A stretch of DNA of 47,022 bases, taken from positions 1 through 47,022 of IMG/VR virus record IMGVR_UViG_3300031965_000052; one strand, given 5' to 3'. Below, in pieces: positions 1 to 8,128 of the stretch. Within the stretch, counting starts at the first letter, position 1; each line of letters opens with the position of its first letter. The DNA is from a virus (taxonomy: Duplodnaviria; Caudoviricetes). The notes below the pieces were generated by a model. The model saw only the letters and a program-made list of their open reading frames with translations. It did not search any database and was not told the DNA's origin. A program made the translations under genes and the position numbers.

Positions 1-90
1 TCGTTTTGACTCTTCGCGACGACGTAGTGCTCGTCGCGCAATATCACCGCCTCGTCCCTCTCCCGCCGCATCTGTTCAAGGGCGTCGGCG
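1..90. repeat. 90-bp direct repeat, copy 1 (copy 2 at 39849-39938)
   Basis: Manual alignment gives 3 mismatches (positions 15, 78, 87), all synonymous, and a 62-bp identical core. Confidence 0.95.
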
Positions 91-242
91 GCTTCAATCG
101 CGGCGTCCCCGTACTGGTCCCGTAGAACCCCCGTGTTCTGGCACATCTCGCACACCCACGGGGCAGCAGACCCAACGTGATTGCAAGGAACGGGCTTGAA
201 CAAATCTCGCACCCGTGCGATCAGGGCGTCGACGTCACTCAT
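1..242 (-). CDS. Partial small coiled-coil cassette protein (3' end runs off the window), paralogue of 39641-40012
   Basis: Manual translation MSDVDALIARVRDLFKPVPCNHVGSAAPWVCEMCQNTGVLRDQYGDAAIEAADALEQMRRERDEAVILRDEHYVVAKSQN; start overlaps the stop of the upstream gene. Confidence 0.8.
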   Translation of the reverse strand, partial: MSDVDALIARVRDLFKPVPCNHVGSAAPWVCEMCQNTGVLRDQYGDAAIEAADALEQMRRERDEAVILRDEHYVVAKSQN

Positions 243-600
243 CGACCTTCTCCTTCTCTAGGCGCTCTAGGACAGTCTCGTAGGAGCGGTCCCAGGGGGT
301 GCGCGCGCGGCTCAGCAGAGCTTCGTACCGGCCGGGCCAGTTCTCGTCGATGAACGCCCGCCATGCCTCCGGGTTATGCGTAAACCAGACGTGATGGCCT
401 TGGCACAGCGACAGGGCGTTTTCCTCGTCCCAGCGGATGCTGTAGTACCTGCGCCCGATCAGATGCGCGGCCTGCAACCCCCCTCCGCACCGGACGCCCG
501 GATACCCTGCGGCCTCGCAATACCCGCGCGCGCGCACGGACAGGGAGAACGCCTTGTCGGCCTTGGTGCGCTGGGTGGAGCGTTTGGGCTTACGTGGCAT
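235..600 (-). CDS. NinG/Rap-like (HNH-fold) recombination endonuclease
   Basis: ADKAFSLSVRAR..C...C...LQAAHLIGRRYYSIRWDEENALSLCQGHH matches the NinG-type pattern; ATG at 600. Confidence 0.75.
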   Translation of the reverse strand: MPRKPKRSTQRTKADKAFSLSVRARGYCEAAGYPGVRCGGGLQAAHLIGRRYYSIRWDEENALSLCQGHHVWFTHNPEAWRAFIDENWPGRYEALLSRARTPWDRSYETVLERLEKEKVDE

Positions 601-844
601 CGTCGGCCTCGGGGGGTCGCCAGGCAAGAGCGGAGAACCGGAAGGGCTCTGCGTAGTCATTCGCCCCATCGTTGCGAGCGACCAGGTGTCCGCCCTCACA
701 ATGAACCTCCCACGCCGACGTGATGGCGTGCACGTCCGCGCGCGCCACGTCAAACGGCGTGTCGGCGATGTATTCGAGGGGCACGCTGAAAGACACATCC
801 AGGAACAAGATCCCTCCACAGATGGGGCAGACGTGCTCGTTCAC
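590..844 (-). CDS. Hypothetical protein with CxxC zinc-ribbon motif
   Basis: MNEHVCPICGG...; GTG start overlaps the whiB stop. Confidence 0.6.
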   Translation of the reverse strand: MNEHVCPICGGILFLDVSFSVPLEYIADTPFDVARADVHAITSAWEVHCEGGHLVARNDGANDYAEPFRFSALAWRPPEADDAT

Positions 845-1140
845 GCGCTCCTCCTTCTCATGGCCTTGCGCTCCTCGGGCGTTGTCATCCCCCAGATTCC
901 TTGATCGTGGCCTTCGTCCAGCGCGAGGCGTAGGCAGGGCTCGCGTAGTGGGCAGGTGGAGCAGATGTCCAGAGCTTTGTTCCTGCGCGCGTGTTCCTCG
1001 GGGTGGGGCCACCACAGGTCGGGGTCGTGAGACGCGCAGGCTGCCGCGCGCCAGTCGGTTTCCAGGTACGTCGATACGGGCACCGGCGTCCAATGTCTTT
1101 CACCACACCCCACGCGCGACCTCCAGCATCTTGCGGTCAT
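841..1140 (-). CDS. whiB: WhiB-family Fe-S transcription factor
   Basis: WRAAAC..DPDLWWP...ICSTCPLREPC...GIWGMTTPEER: four Cys plus the G[IV]WG turn; exact start uncertain. Confidence 0.93.
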   Translation of the reverse strand: MTARCWRSRVGCGERHWTPVPVSTYLETDWRAAACASHDPDLWWPHPEEHARRNKALDICSTCPLREPCLRLALDEGHDQGIWGMTTPEERKAMRRRSA

Positions 1141-1453
1141 GACTTCTGTAGGCCCATAGTGGATCGCGGGTGCGCTCGGGGAAGTCGGTGGCCTTCTGAC
1201 TCCAGCGAATGACGTTGCGGTGGCTGGTCCCTAGTTCCTCCTGGCAGACGTGACGCAGTTCTGCGGGAGACAGGGATTCGACCAGGAGGCGCGCGCAGTC
1301 CGCGCGTGCCCACTCGAACCGGGAGATTGCGGCCGTGTGGTCAAGGATGGAGGCGGCGTAGGGGTTCACGTGCGCGACGCTCTGCCGACCCTCGCCGCAG
1401 ACCGTACAGTCGGCAGAGCGCTGGGCGTCGTAGACCATCGCGTGCTTACCCAC
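1100..1453 (-). CDS. Hypothetical protein (CxxC)
   Basis: Packed operon gene, GTG at 1453 preceded by a purine-rich RBS. Confidence 0.55.
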   Translation of the reverse strand: MGKHAMVYDAQRSADCTVCGEGRQSVAHVNPYAASILDHTAAISRFEWARADCARLLVESLSPAELRHVCQEELGTSHRNVIRWSQKATDFPERTRDPLWAYRSHDRKMLEVARGVW

Positions 1454-1721
1454 CGACCCTCCTCTTCTTCGCTGGTTGTGCGTATTCCTCAATCGGGTGG
1501 CGGGGAGTGTCGCCCAACATCCCGTCGAGATAACCCTTCTCCCACCAGAACGTCGCGCGCTCCTCTTCCCGCGACCGGAAACACCTCGGGGCCGAGGGCA
1601 CGGACCAGCGCACTCCGCAGCGCCAACACTCGATGCCCCAAGCGTGGTCTTCCGGGTGCGGAGCATCATCCGCAGCGTGCCCGTTCGGGCACTTGCGACA
1701 TGGGCAGCGGTAGCGGCTCAC
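1446..1721 (-). CDS. Hypothetical Cys-rich protein
   Basis: MSRYRCPCRKCPNGH...CWRC; GTGA overlap with the upstream gene. Confidence 0.55.
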   Translation of the reverse strand: MSRYRCPCRKCPNGHAADDAPHPEDHAWGIECWRCGVRWSVPSAPRCFRSREEERATFWWEKGYLDGMLGDTPRHPIEEYAQPAKKRRVGG

Positions 1722-1930
1722 GCGACCCGTCCCAAACCCAAAATGGACACCAGTTCCTCGCGCGTGACGACCGCGCCGCCCGGATGCCAATATTCCGCGC
1801 CGGTGCTGTCGAGCCAGTCGGGGAGATGAACCCCCCCGGGACGGAAATACCCGTCGCGGAAGCGCGCGCTGGACAACCATGCCTCGAACACGACATCGCT
1901 CACGCGCGTCGTTGTGGTTTCAAGCATCAC
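1718..1930 (-). CDS. Hypothetical protein
   Basis: 70-aa ORF coupled to both neighbours by 4-bp overlaps. Confidence 0.55.
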   Translation of the reverse strand: MMLETTTTRVSDVVFEAWLSSARFRDGYFRPGGVHLPDWLDSTGAEYWHPGGAVVTREELVSILGLGRVA

Positions 1931-2316
1931 GCCACCCGTCCGTTGAAGTCCGTGGAGTACTTGTGCCAGCCTGCGTCAAGCAGCGCGCGCAGGTCGTCGG
2001 GGTGATATCTCAATTGCTTCCCCACGCGGTAGGCTTTGATGACTCCTCGGTCGTGTAAGAGCCACATGGTTCGACGGCAGACGCCCAGGATCTCTGCCGC
2101 CTGACCGACGCGCACAAGACCCGGGGGGGGAGTTTCTATCTTGGGTAGGGGTTTGCCGATCCATTCCTTCCAGCGCTGGATGAAGCTCTCGGCTGCGATG
2201 TCGGGGACGATGTAAAGACGACCCTCCTTGCGCGCGGGGACGATGCCCTTTCGTATCCAGTTCACGACTGCGCCGGGACTGACGCCGAGCCGCCTGGACA
2301 TCTCCTCGGGGCTCAT
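1927..2316 (-). CDS. Tandem MerR/excisionase-like helix-turn-helix protein
   Basis: Two HTH_17-like repeats: MSPEEMSRRLGVSPGAVVNWIRKGIVPA and VGQAAEILGVCRRTMWLLHDRGVIKAYRVGKQLRY. Confidence 0.8.
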   Translation of the reverse strand: MSPEEMSRRLGVSPGAVVNWIRKGIVPARKEGRLYIVPDIAAESFIQRWKEWIGKPLPKIETPPPGLVRVGQAAEILGVCRRTMWLLHDRGVIKAYRVGKQLRYHPDDLRALLDAGWHKYSTDFNGRVA

Positions 2317-2329
2317 CGGACCTCCGTTC

Positions 2330-2410
2330 TCACTTGACCTTCCGCACTCCAGGGCCGAACACCTGACGGATGACCTTCTCTGCGCGCGCGGTTGCGTCCT
2401 GGGGCTTCAC
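2330..2410 (-). CDS. Small hypothetical peptide (MKPQDATARAEKVIRQVFGPGVRKVK)
   Basis: Fills the gap between genes; GTGA overlap. Confidence 0.4.
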   Translation of the reverse strand: MKPQDATARAEKVIRQVFGPGVRKVK

Positions 2411-3093
2411 TCGCCCCACCCCTCCGGCACGGCCCCCTTCGACACGGCTGCGGCCTCCTGCGGGGACAGAACGTGCTCCACGGGAGGGGGCACGGCGGGA
2501 GGGGGCTCCTGCGGAGGCGGCGAAGGGTTTGCGCGCGCGGGCTTCTCTGTGGCGAGGTCGCGCGCGAGGGCCAGCAGGTACTTGGCCTTCTCCTCGATGG
2601 GCAGGGAGATGATGGACTTGCTGAATCCGCGCGCCGTGAGTTCTTCGGTGGGGAAGGACGCGAGGCTGATGTTGATGCCTGCGTTGATGGCCCATTGGGC
2701 TGAGATCAGCCGCTGGCGCTCCTGCCACTCGGGAGAGTCCCCTCTGGGGGAATCCCCAGAGCGAGCGGGGGTGGGCGTGCTCGCCTTCCCGTTCGAGCCG
2801 TTTCCACCCCCGTTCACCTCGGACTCCAGTTCCAGCACGTCGTAGACCGTCCTGCGCGGCTTACCTGCTGCCGGACCCTTGGTGTAGGCGTCCTGCTTGC
2901 CCGTCACCTTGACCCACCGTTCGACGGTCGCAGCGGCCTTGAGCGCTTCGTACTGCGGGCTCACCTCGTCCTCGGTCCCGTAGACCATGCGGAACACCCA
3001 CACGGCCTTGCCCCCGACCTTGCACCTGCCCTTCTCGGGGTAAGGGTCTTCCCATTCTGTTGCCGGTCCGGATAGATCGAAGAAGTCGTTCAC
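2407..3093 (-). CDS. Hypothetical protein, possibly ssDNA-binding or recombination partner
   Basis: Beta-rich N-terminus, Pro-rich linker, acidic/aromatic C-terminus; lies near the exonuclease gene. Confidence 0.5.
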   Translation of the reverse strand: MNDFFDLSGPATEWEDPYPEKGRCKVGGKAVWVFRMVYGTEDEVSPQYEALKAAATVERWVKVTGKQDAYTKGPAAGKPRRTVYDVLELESEVNGGGNGSNGKASTPTPARSGDSPRGDSPEWQERQRLISAQWAINAGINISLASFPTEELTARGFSKSIISLPIEEKAKYLLALARDLATEKPARANPSPPPQEPPPAVPPPVEHVLSPQEAAAVSKGAVPEGWGE

Positions 3094-3239
3094 GGCTCAC
3101 TCCTTTTCGTGGGCTCGAAGGTAGATACGGCTGCGAACGCGCGCGCGACCTTCTCGGCGCACTCTGAGCAGAAGGCTTGCACGTCCTGATCCAGGGTGTA
3201 GACCCTGGCGGGTTCCGTACGGCAGAGGGAGCAGTTCAT
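3090..3239 (-). CDS. Small zinc-finger protein
   Basis: MNCSLC...FCSEC; ATGA overlap. Confidence 0.6.
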   Translation of the reverse strand: MNCSLCRTEPARVYTLDQDVQAFCSECAEKVARAFAAVSTFEPTKRSEP

Positions 3240-3784
3240 CGCCACACCCTCACTTCGTTCTTGTCCGACCAGATCGCGGAGTCTCGGTACGCCATCCAGG
3301 GACGGTTGCCCCAGGTCTGTTCGACGCAGCAGGGAATGGCGATTACCCGCACCTCGCGCGCGCGCACCTTGCCGATGGCTGCGTTCAGGTCGGCGTGCGA
3401 ATGAACCGCGACGACTAGGGCGAGGTCGGCTTCGATGGGGTCGATGTCCTCGACCGGGAGCGGCAGCACGCTCAGGCGGTGCACACGCATCCACCGGCTC
3501 GCCTGCGGATCAACGGCGGGGTCCACGCTCCAGACCGTCCAGGGGGTGAAGAACGCGAACGTGGCTCCCGTGCGCGGGGACTTCCCGTCGCCGGGGCAGA
3601 TGACCGTCACGGGGTCGTCCTCGGTCCACCCGCTGTGCTGGCGCGCCGCGCACAAGGCCCCGAAGGACTCCGTGACCTCCTTAGCGTTGGGGAACAGCCC
3701 AAGGGCCTGCATGTCTGCCGACGCGCGGGAACTCACGTACTGATCGAGATAGCGACGGTTTCCCGACTTCGTGCGCGCCTTCAC
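3236..3784 (-). CDS. Putative SAM-dependent methyltransferase-like (Rossmann-fold) protein
   Basis: FPNAKEVTES, VICPGDGKSPRTG glycine loop, WSVDP acidic motif, VHSH and IPCC. Confidence 0.5.
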   Translation of the reverse strand: MKARTKSGNRRYLDQYVSSRASADMQALGLFPNAKEVTESFGALCAARQHSGWTEDDPVTVICPGDGKSPRTGATFAFFTPWTVWSVDPAVDPQASRWMRVHRLSVLPLPVEDIDPIEADLALVVAVHSHADLNAAIGKVRAREVRVIAIPCCVEQTWGNRPWMAYRDSAIWSDKNEVRVWR

Positions 3785-4485
3785 GCGACTCGCCCCATAG
3801 CCTCGGGATCACAGCAGGTGGATTCGTCGATGCCGAACTTGCACCACTTCCACCCTTTCCCGCCGAATACCTCGAAGCAGTCGCACGGCAGGTCCAGGTG
3901 AGACGTTGCGGCGTTGAGTTGCGCGCAGCGTTCGATGACCTCTTGCATGTGCGCGCCCGTTACGTCGTCGAGTTGGATGCTCAGGTCGTCCTTGGAGATG
4001 GACATGACCTGCCAGTAGTCCACGTGGTAGTCCGCGCGCTCGGCCAGCAGGGCGCACGCAGCGGCCTGTAGCAGTTGGTTATGACCCGCGACCGTCTCGT
4101 TCTTCTTCGCCGCCCACCAGAAGCTCTTGGAGGACTTGCTCTTGAGTTCGAGTCCAACGATGGAGCCCTCGTGCTTGACGATGAAGTCCGCGTGCGCGCC
4201 GAGGTTCAGATCGTCGTCGGCGAACGGGACCTCGGCTCCGAGCAGGATGCCCATGTCCTTGAACCAGCCCTCGACCATCCTTCCCGTCAAGTGCCCTACC
4301 TCGAAGATGCGCGCCGTGCGCGCGTCGATCGGCAAGCCCGCTACCCCTTGCTCCGTCAGGTACTGCGCGCGCAGGCAGGAACCGATGAGGCTCGCGCGCC
4401 ACCGCTTGCGGCCTGCGACATCGCGGCGGGATGCGTTTACCTGCTCATACAAGTGGGCGTCGATTGCGCTATCGAGGAACATCAT
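3781..4485 (-). CDS. Cas4/RecB-like PD-(D/E)XK exonuclease
   Basis: ASLIGSCLR, G-H helix, GAHADFIV, LELKS, Q helix and C-terminal Cys cluster. Confidence 0.85.
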   Translation of the reverse strand: MMFLDSAIDAHLYEQVNASRRDVAGRKRWRASLIGSCLRAQYLTEQGVAGLPIDARTARIFEVGHLTGRMVEGWFKDMGILLGAEVPFADDDLNLGAHADFIVKHEGSIVGLELKSKSSKSFWWAAKKNETVAGHNQLLQAAACALLAERADYHVDYWQVMSISKDDLSIQLDDVTGAHMQEVIERCAQLNAATSHLDLPCDCFEVFGGKGWKWCKFGIDESTCCDPEAMGRVA

Positions 4486-4684
4486 CGCCCCACTTCGCAA
4501 CCTTGGGTCCGCGCAACAGGTACTCCATCGCGCGGTCGTTCGCAGAGTTGATCCATCGCGGGAGGGGAGCGCCGTCGGCAGGTTCGGGGGGCCGAGCCCG
4601 CGTCTGACGCTCCCATCTCGCACCCGCGCAGACGAAGAACATCATCAGCAACGTCCAGGCGATCAGACCGAGGATGAACATCAC
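4469..4684 (-). CDS. Small membrane protein
   Basis: N-terminal hydrophobic helix FILGLIAWTLLMMFFVCAG. Confidence 0.55.
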   Translation of the reverse strand: MMFILGLIAWTLLMMFFVCAGARWERQTRARPPEPADGAPLPRWINSANDRAMEYLLRGPKVAKWGDDVPR

Positions 4685-5157
4685 GCGCCCCTCTCCCAAG
4701 CCGAAGGCCCCTGATTCGCCGCAGCCGCGTCGTCCCACGCCATCTGCTCTTCGGTCGTCTGACAGCGCGCGCAGCGTCCCTCGTGGTCGCCGTCTAGGTC
4801 TTCACCGCACGCGCAGCGGGAGTCGTCGATGGTCTGCAAGTGCGCCTGTTTCTGGTAGTCGTTGAAGGTGTTGAAGAAGGCTGCGCGCGCGCCGGGTGTT
4901 TCATCCGCTCCCCAGGAGAGGGCCCCTGGGATCGTGCCGGGTTCTCCCCGGCCACCATGCCCGACGCTACGCGCAGAGGTCAGTGTCTCGAAGGGGTCCT
5001 CGACGATGGTGTGCTTGAGCCGCGCGCACGCCTGCGGGTGCATGGCGATCACGAACATCACGTCCCCGTCCTCGATGCGTAGAACGTGGTCGCCGTTCGC
5101 GCGCACCGCATGGGAGAACTGGCAATCCTCAGGCAGCGAGTAGTGAACCAGGCTCAT
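4681..5157 (-). CDS. Hypothetical protein with C-terminal Cys motifs
   Basis: ATG at 5157 overlaps the upstream stop; CAC...CARC. Confidence 0.6.
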   Translation of the reverse strand: MSLVHYSLPEDCQFSHAVRANGDHVLRIEDGDVMFVIAMHPQACARLKHTIVEDPFETLTSARSVGHGGRGEPGTIPGALSWGADETPGARAAFFNTFNDYQKQAHLQTIDDSRCACGEDLDGDHEGRCARCQTTEEQMAWDDAAAANQGPSAWERGA

Positions 5158-5690
5158 GCGGGCACCAACTTTCCTCGAACGACCTTGATGTGCTTGCGGA
5201 CGATGCGCGCGGAGCGCGCCAAGGAGTCCTTTCGGGCGGCGTCGTAGGCGGAGGCGGCGGCGGCGGGGGCGTAGGCGGCGTAGACGGCGGCGGCGGCGGG
5301 GGCGTAGGCGGCGTCGGCGTGGGCGGAGGCGGCGGCGGCGGCGGCGTCGGCGGCGGAACGCACCTGTTCGATGGTGGCTTTGCCCCGAGCCCATGCTGCC
5401 GCAACGCGCAGGGCTTCGGCTGGGCGCTTCTCGCCCGCAGGCACGAACTTGAGCGCCGGGCGCGCGCACTCAACGGCGGCCAGCACGACGGTACGGTGGA
5501 GCGCTCCACCGTAGACAACGTTGCGCGCGGCGAGCCAGAGCATCCAGTCCCCGCGCTCGCACTCCTCCCATGCCTTGACGAGGGAACGAGTGCCCACCCA
5601 TTCGCGGGCTTCTTCGCAGGCGTGCAGGTCCACGAGCTTGTCAGCGAAGGTCTTGCGCTTCGTTGCGCGCGCGATCCCCTTTGCGCTCAT
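5154..5690 (-). CDS. Ala-rich phage protein (Imm5-like region plus AAAYA repeats)
   Basis: ACEEAREW, RGDWMLWL, RPAEALRVAAAWARG followed by an Ala/Tyr repeat tract. Confidence 0.7.
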   Translation of the reverse strand: MSAKGIARATKRKTFADKLVDLHACEEAREWVGTRSLVKAWEECERGDWMLWLAARNVVYGGALHRTVVLAAVECARPALKFVPAGEKRPAEALRVAAAWARGKATIEQVRSAADAAAAAASAHADAAYAPAAAAVYAAYAPAAAASAYDAARKDSLARSARIVRKHIKVVRGKLVPA

Positions 5691-5863
5691 GCGGCACCCC
5701 CCTCTTCCAGATGCAGGATTGCGCCGATCAGCTCGTCGCGGCTCCAGTCCCGCAGGTCCTCCACGCGGAACCCGCGCGCCCAGGCAGCTTTGCGGTACAG
5801 ATGCCGCAGCACCACAGCCGACGAAGCATCAAGGGCTTTGACTCGGGAGTCTCTGGACTTCAT
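5687..5863 (-). CDS. First gene of the leftward early operon, hypothetical
   Basis: AAGGAGGTGG RBS, ATG at 5863, directly downstream of a promoter. Confidence 0.65.
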   Translation of the reverse strand: MKSRDSRVKALDASSAVVLRHLYRKAAWARGFRVEDLRDWSRDELIGAILHLEEGGAA

Positions 5864-5890
5864 GGAACCCACCTCCTTGGGCCTGTGGAC

Positions 5891-5919
5891 AAGATAATCT
5901 CTTGGGAATCAGAAGTCAA
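5891..5919 (-). promoter_or_regulatory. Leftward sigma-A-type promoter
   Basis: TTGACT-17 bp-TATCTT on the minus strand; spacer contains the CTTGGGAA motif. Confidence 0.75.
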
Positions 5920-6247
5920 GAGTGTGGGGAGAAGTTTCTCGGCGAATCAGAGATTTGCCTGGTCCGCGCGCGTATTCAGCGAGAGGACAGGGGGGTGGCC
6001 TTTCGATCTTGACCTTCTGCCACTTTCCCCCGGCAGTCTGGGGGACATCTTTACCGAGTCCTGAAGGACCCTTTACCCGAACTAAGCAGATATATAACAA
6101 GGCTCTATTCGTTGAGCCCCTTAGCCGTTAACCCCTTTAAGGGCTAGGGTTTTCAGCCTGCTCCGTTCGGAGCGCATGGTGTTCTAAGCCTCTGCGCTCG
6201 TCCATCAGAAGCGATCGGGTCGATATATACGGGGCCCGTAAGTTAGA

Positions 6248-6276
6248 GAACCCCCCCAGCAAGGCCGGGGGGGTTC
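6248..6276. terminator. GC-rich hairpin in the divergent control region
   Basis: GAACCCCCCC-loop-GGGGGGGTTC inverted repeat. Confidence 0.45.
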
Positions 6277-6437
6277 AGGTCCTCATGCCGTGTGCGCAGC
6301 GAAGGACCAGAAGAACGGCTGATCTCGTCTTTGCGCACGGGCACAGGGCGGCACATTACACCCATAAGGCCCGATGTCAATAAGAGGAATTCTTGGGAAC
6401 GGGCATCCCAGAACAACGAACAAACCGGAACCCCTTG

Positions 6438-6483
6438 TTGACGCAGGACCTGGGGATTGTGGATAATGCTTCCCAGGAGGTGG
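6438..6483 (+). promoter_or_regulatory. Rightward promoter and RBS of the putative repressor-integrase operon
   Basis: TTGACG-18 bp-GATAAT, then AGGAGGTGG 5 nt before ATG 6489. Confidence 0.6.
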
Positions 6484-6488
6484 TACCC

Positions 6489-6881
6489 ATGGGGCGCAGA
6501 CGTGCTCCTGTCACTACTGCTGTCGGAACGTTGATCCACGAATACCTCGGGCCGAGGACCTATCGGTCCCTGAGACTCCAGATCAAGGCTCAGTTCGGCG
6601 TTGAGAGAAGCGAAGAGGCCATCCGCAACGCTTGTCGTGGTGAGGCAGGCCCGGAGGCGTACCGAGGACTCCAAGCTCCGGGGGGTGGAACGCCGCTCTC
6701 GGAGTTGGTGCGGCGCGCGCTCTACATCCCCGAGGACAAGTTCTGGGATGCACTAGCTGAGGACTGGAAGAAGACCGCTCGCGCGCGTGTCTCCGCTCGC
6801 AAGGGGTATTCTCGGCATTCGCTCTCTCACCAGCGTAAACGCGCAGTATTGTTCCCCCTAGCGCGTTCGCGCGGACCCTAG
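6489..6881 (+). CDS. Putative immunity repressor (divergent HTH-like DNA-binding protein)
   Basis: Position upstream of the integrase and divergent from early genes; helical basic protein (TYRSLRLQIKAQFGVERSEEAIRNACRG); function inferred from context. Confidence 0.5.
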   Translation: MGRRRAPVTTAVGTLIHEYLGPRTYRSLRLQIKAQFGVERSEEAIRNACRGEAGPEAYRGLQAPGGGTPLSELVRRALYIPEDKFWDALAEDWKKTARARVSARKGYSRHSLSHQRKRAVLFPLARSRGP

Positions 6882-6923
6882 TTCAGTTTCACGGGGCAAG
6901 AGCCGAGATAGCGGGGGGAGCCA

Positions 6924-7826
6924 ATGGATCTGGTCCGGGCGTTCACGAGTTGGGGCCTGCACGAGCGCGGGTGGGAACTCACGACCCGCCAGACCTACGC
7001 CCGCAGGGTTCTGGTAGCCGATGCCTGGCTCCGCGCGCACGGGGGCAGAGGGATACGCTGGGCCGACGAAGGCGATCTGCGCGCCTATCTGTTCACCTTC
7101 GACACCGCGCGCAACCGCAACAACGTACGTCAGGCCCTTGTGGCCTTCGGGGTGTTCTGCGCCTTCACGGGTAGGCGCGCGCACAACCCCGCCGTGGGGC
7201 TTCCCCGCCTGCGGGAACCGGAACTCCTACCCCGAGCCCTAGACCACGAGCAAGCCCACGTCCTGTGGACGAACACGCAAGGCGACGCGCGCGCGATGGT
7301 TGGCTTGATGCTCTACGCGGGACTACGTAAGACCGAAGCCCGAACCCTGACGTGGGATCAACTCCACTCCGACCACCTAAGGGTCCTGGGCAAGCGCCGC
7401 AAGGAACGGGCGGTGCCTCTCCACCCTCACCTCAGACACGCCCTGGGGGGCTTGGAGCACGACGCGCGCCACCTGTTCCCCTCCCCACGCCTGCCCGACC
7501 ACCCGCTATCGGACACCGCCTGGCGGGACCGCATCCACGCCACGCGCGCGCACGCGGGGGTGTTCTTCCGCTGTCATGACCTCCGGCACACCTTCGCCAC
7601 CTCCCTGCTGGAGGCCGGAGCGGACCTGCGCCAGATACAGGAACTCATGGGCCACGCGGACCTATCGACCACCAGCATCTACCTACGGGTGCGCCCCGCG
7701 CGCCTAGCGCGCAGCGTCCTGGCTCTGGACTTCACGTCTAAGGCCCCTCAGATGCCCTCAGAGCCTCAGATGCCCCCAGGGCCTCTTGACCCCCACAGAA
7801 CCCCATCTCTGGGCTTTCAGGGCTGA
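6924..7826 (+). CDS. Tyrosine recombinase/integrase, XerC/D-like
   Basis: YAGLRKTE (R), VLGK (K), HDLRHTFAT (HxxR), LMGH and TTSIY (Y) catalytic residues. Confidence 0.95.
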   Translation: MDLVRAFTSWGLHERGWELTTRQTYARRVLVADAWLRAHGGRGIRWADEGDLRAYLFTFDTARNRNNVRQALVAFGVFCAFTGRRAHNPAVGLPRLREPELLPRALDHEQAHVLWTNTQGDARAMVGLMLYAGLRKTEARTLTWDQLHSDHLRVLGKRRKERAVPLHPHLRHALGGLEHDARHLFPSPRLPDHPLSDTAWRDRIHATRAHAGVFFRCHDLRHTFATSLLEAGADLRQIQELMGHADLSTTSIYLRVRPARLARSVLALDFTSKAPQMPSEPQMPPGPLDPHRTPSLGFQG

Positions 7827-7861
7827 GGAAGGAGCCTCAAAACGTTGGGAAATCCAAAGGG

Positions 7862-8122
7862 CTAGCTGGCGATCTGGACGGCGATGGCGCGAGGGCGCTT
7901 CGGGTCCTTTTTGAGATACCCGTGCTCGACCAGCGTCGAGAGTTGCGCGTGGACGCTGGAGGGAGAGGCCAGTCCAACTGCCTCGCCAATCTCGCGGACG
8001 GACGGGGGATAGCCGCGTTCAACGTACATCCGTTGGATGTACTCCAGGATAGAGCGCTGGCGATGGGTCAGGCGGTGCGCCGCGCGGCTCTGGATTCCAG
8101 GGAGTTCCTGCTCATTCATCAT
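7862..8122 (-). CDS. LexA N-terminal DNA-binding domain only (no peptidase domain)
   Basis: [12 protein letters not shown]...[44 protein letters not shown] is a typical LexA winged HTH; the ORF stops before the Ala-Gly cleavage site. Confidence 0.92.
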   Translation of the reverse strand: MMNEQELPGIQSRAAHRLTHRQRSILEYIQRMYVERGYPPSVREIGEAVGLASPSSVHAQLSTLVEHGYLKKDPKRPRAIAVQIAS

Positions 8123-8128
8123 GTCCCT

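Noticed and set aside
1-90. Repeat pairs as template/variable repeats of a diversity-generating retroelement
   Set aside because: No reverse transcriptase in the window, and the three mismatches are synonymous and not confined to adenines.
3781-4485. Cas4-like nuclease as evidence for a CRISPR system
   Set aside because: Stand-alone Cas4/RecB-like exonucleases are ordinary phage recombination genes; no array or other cas gene is present.
5129-5518. Poly-Pro, poly-Arg and poly-Gly ORFs in alternative frames
   Set aside because: By-products of the Ala-rich repeat in the 5154-5690 gene.
7740-7861. attP or dif-like site at the integrase 3' end (CCTCAGATGCCC x2)
   Set aside because: The short repeat lies inside the coding tail, and I see no dif-like 11-6-11 structure or tRNA fragment; it cannot be supported without a host sequence.
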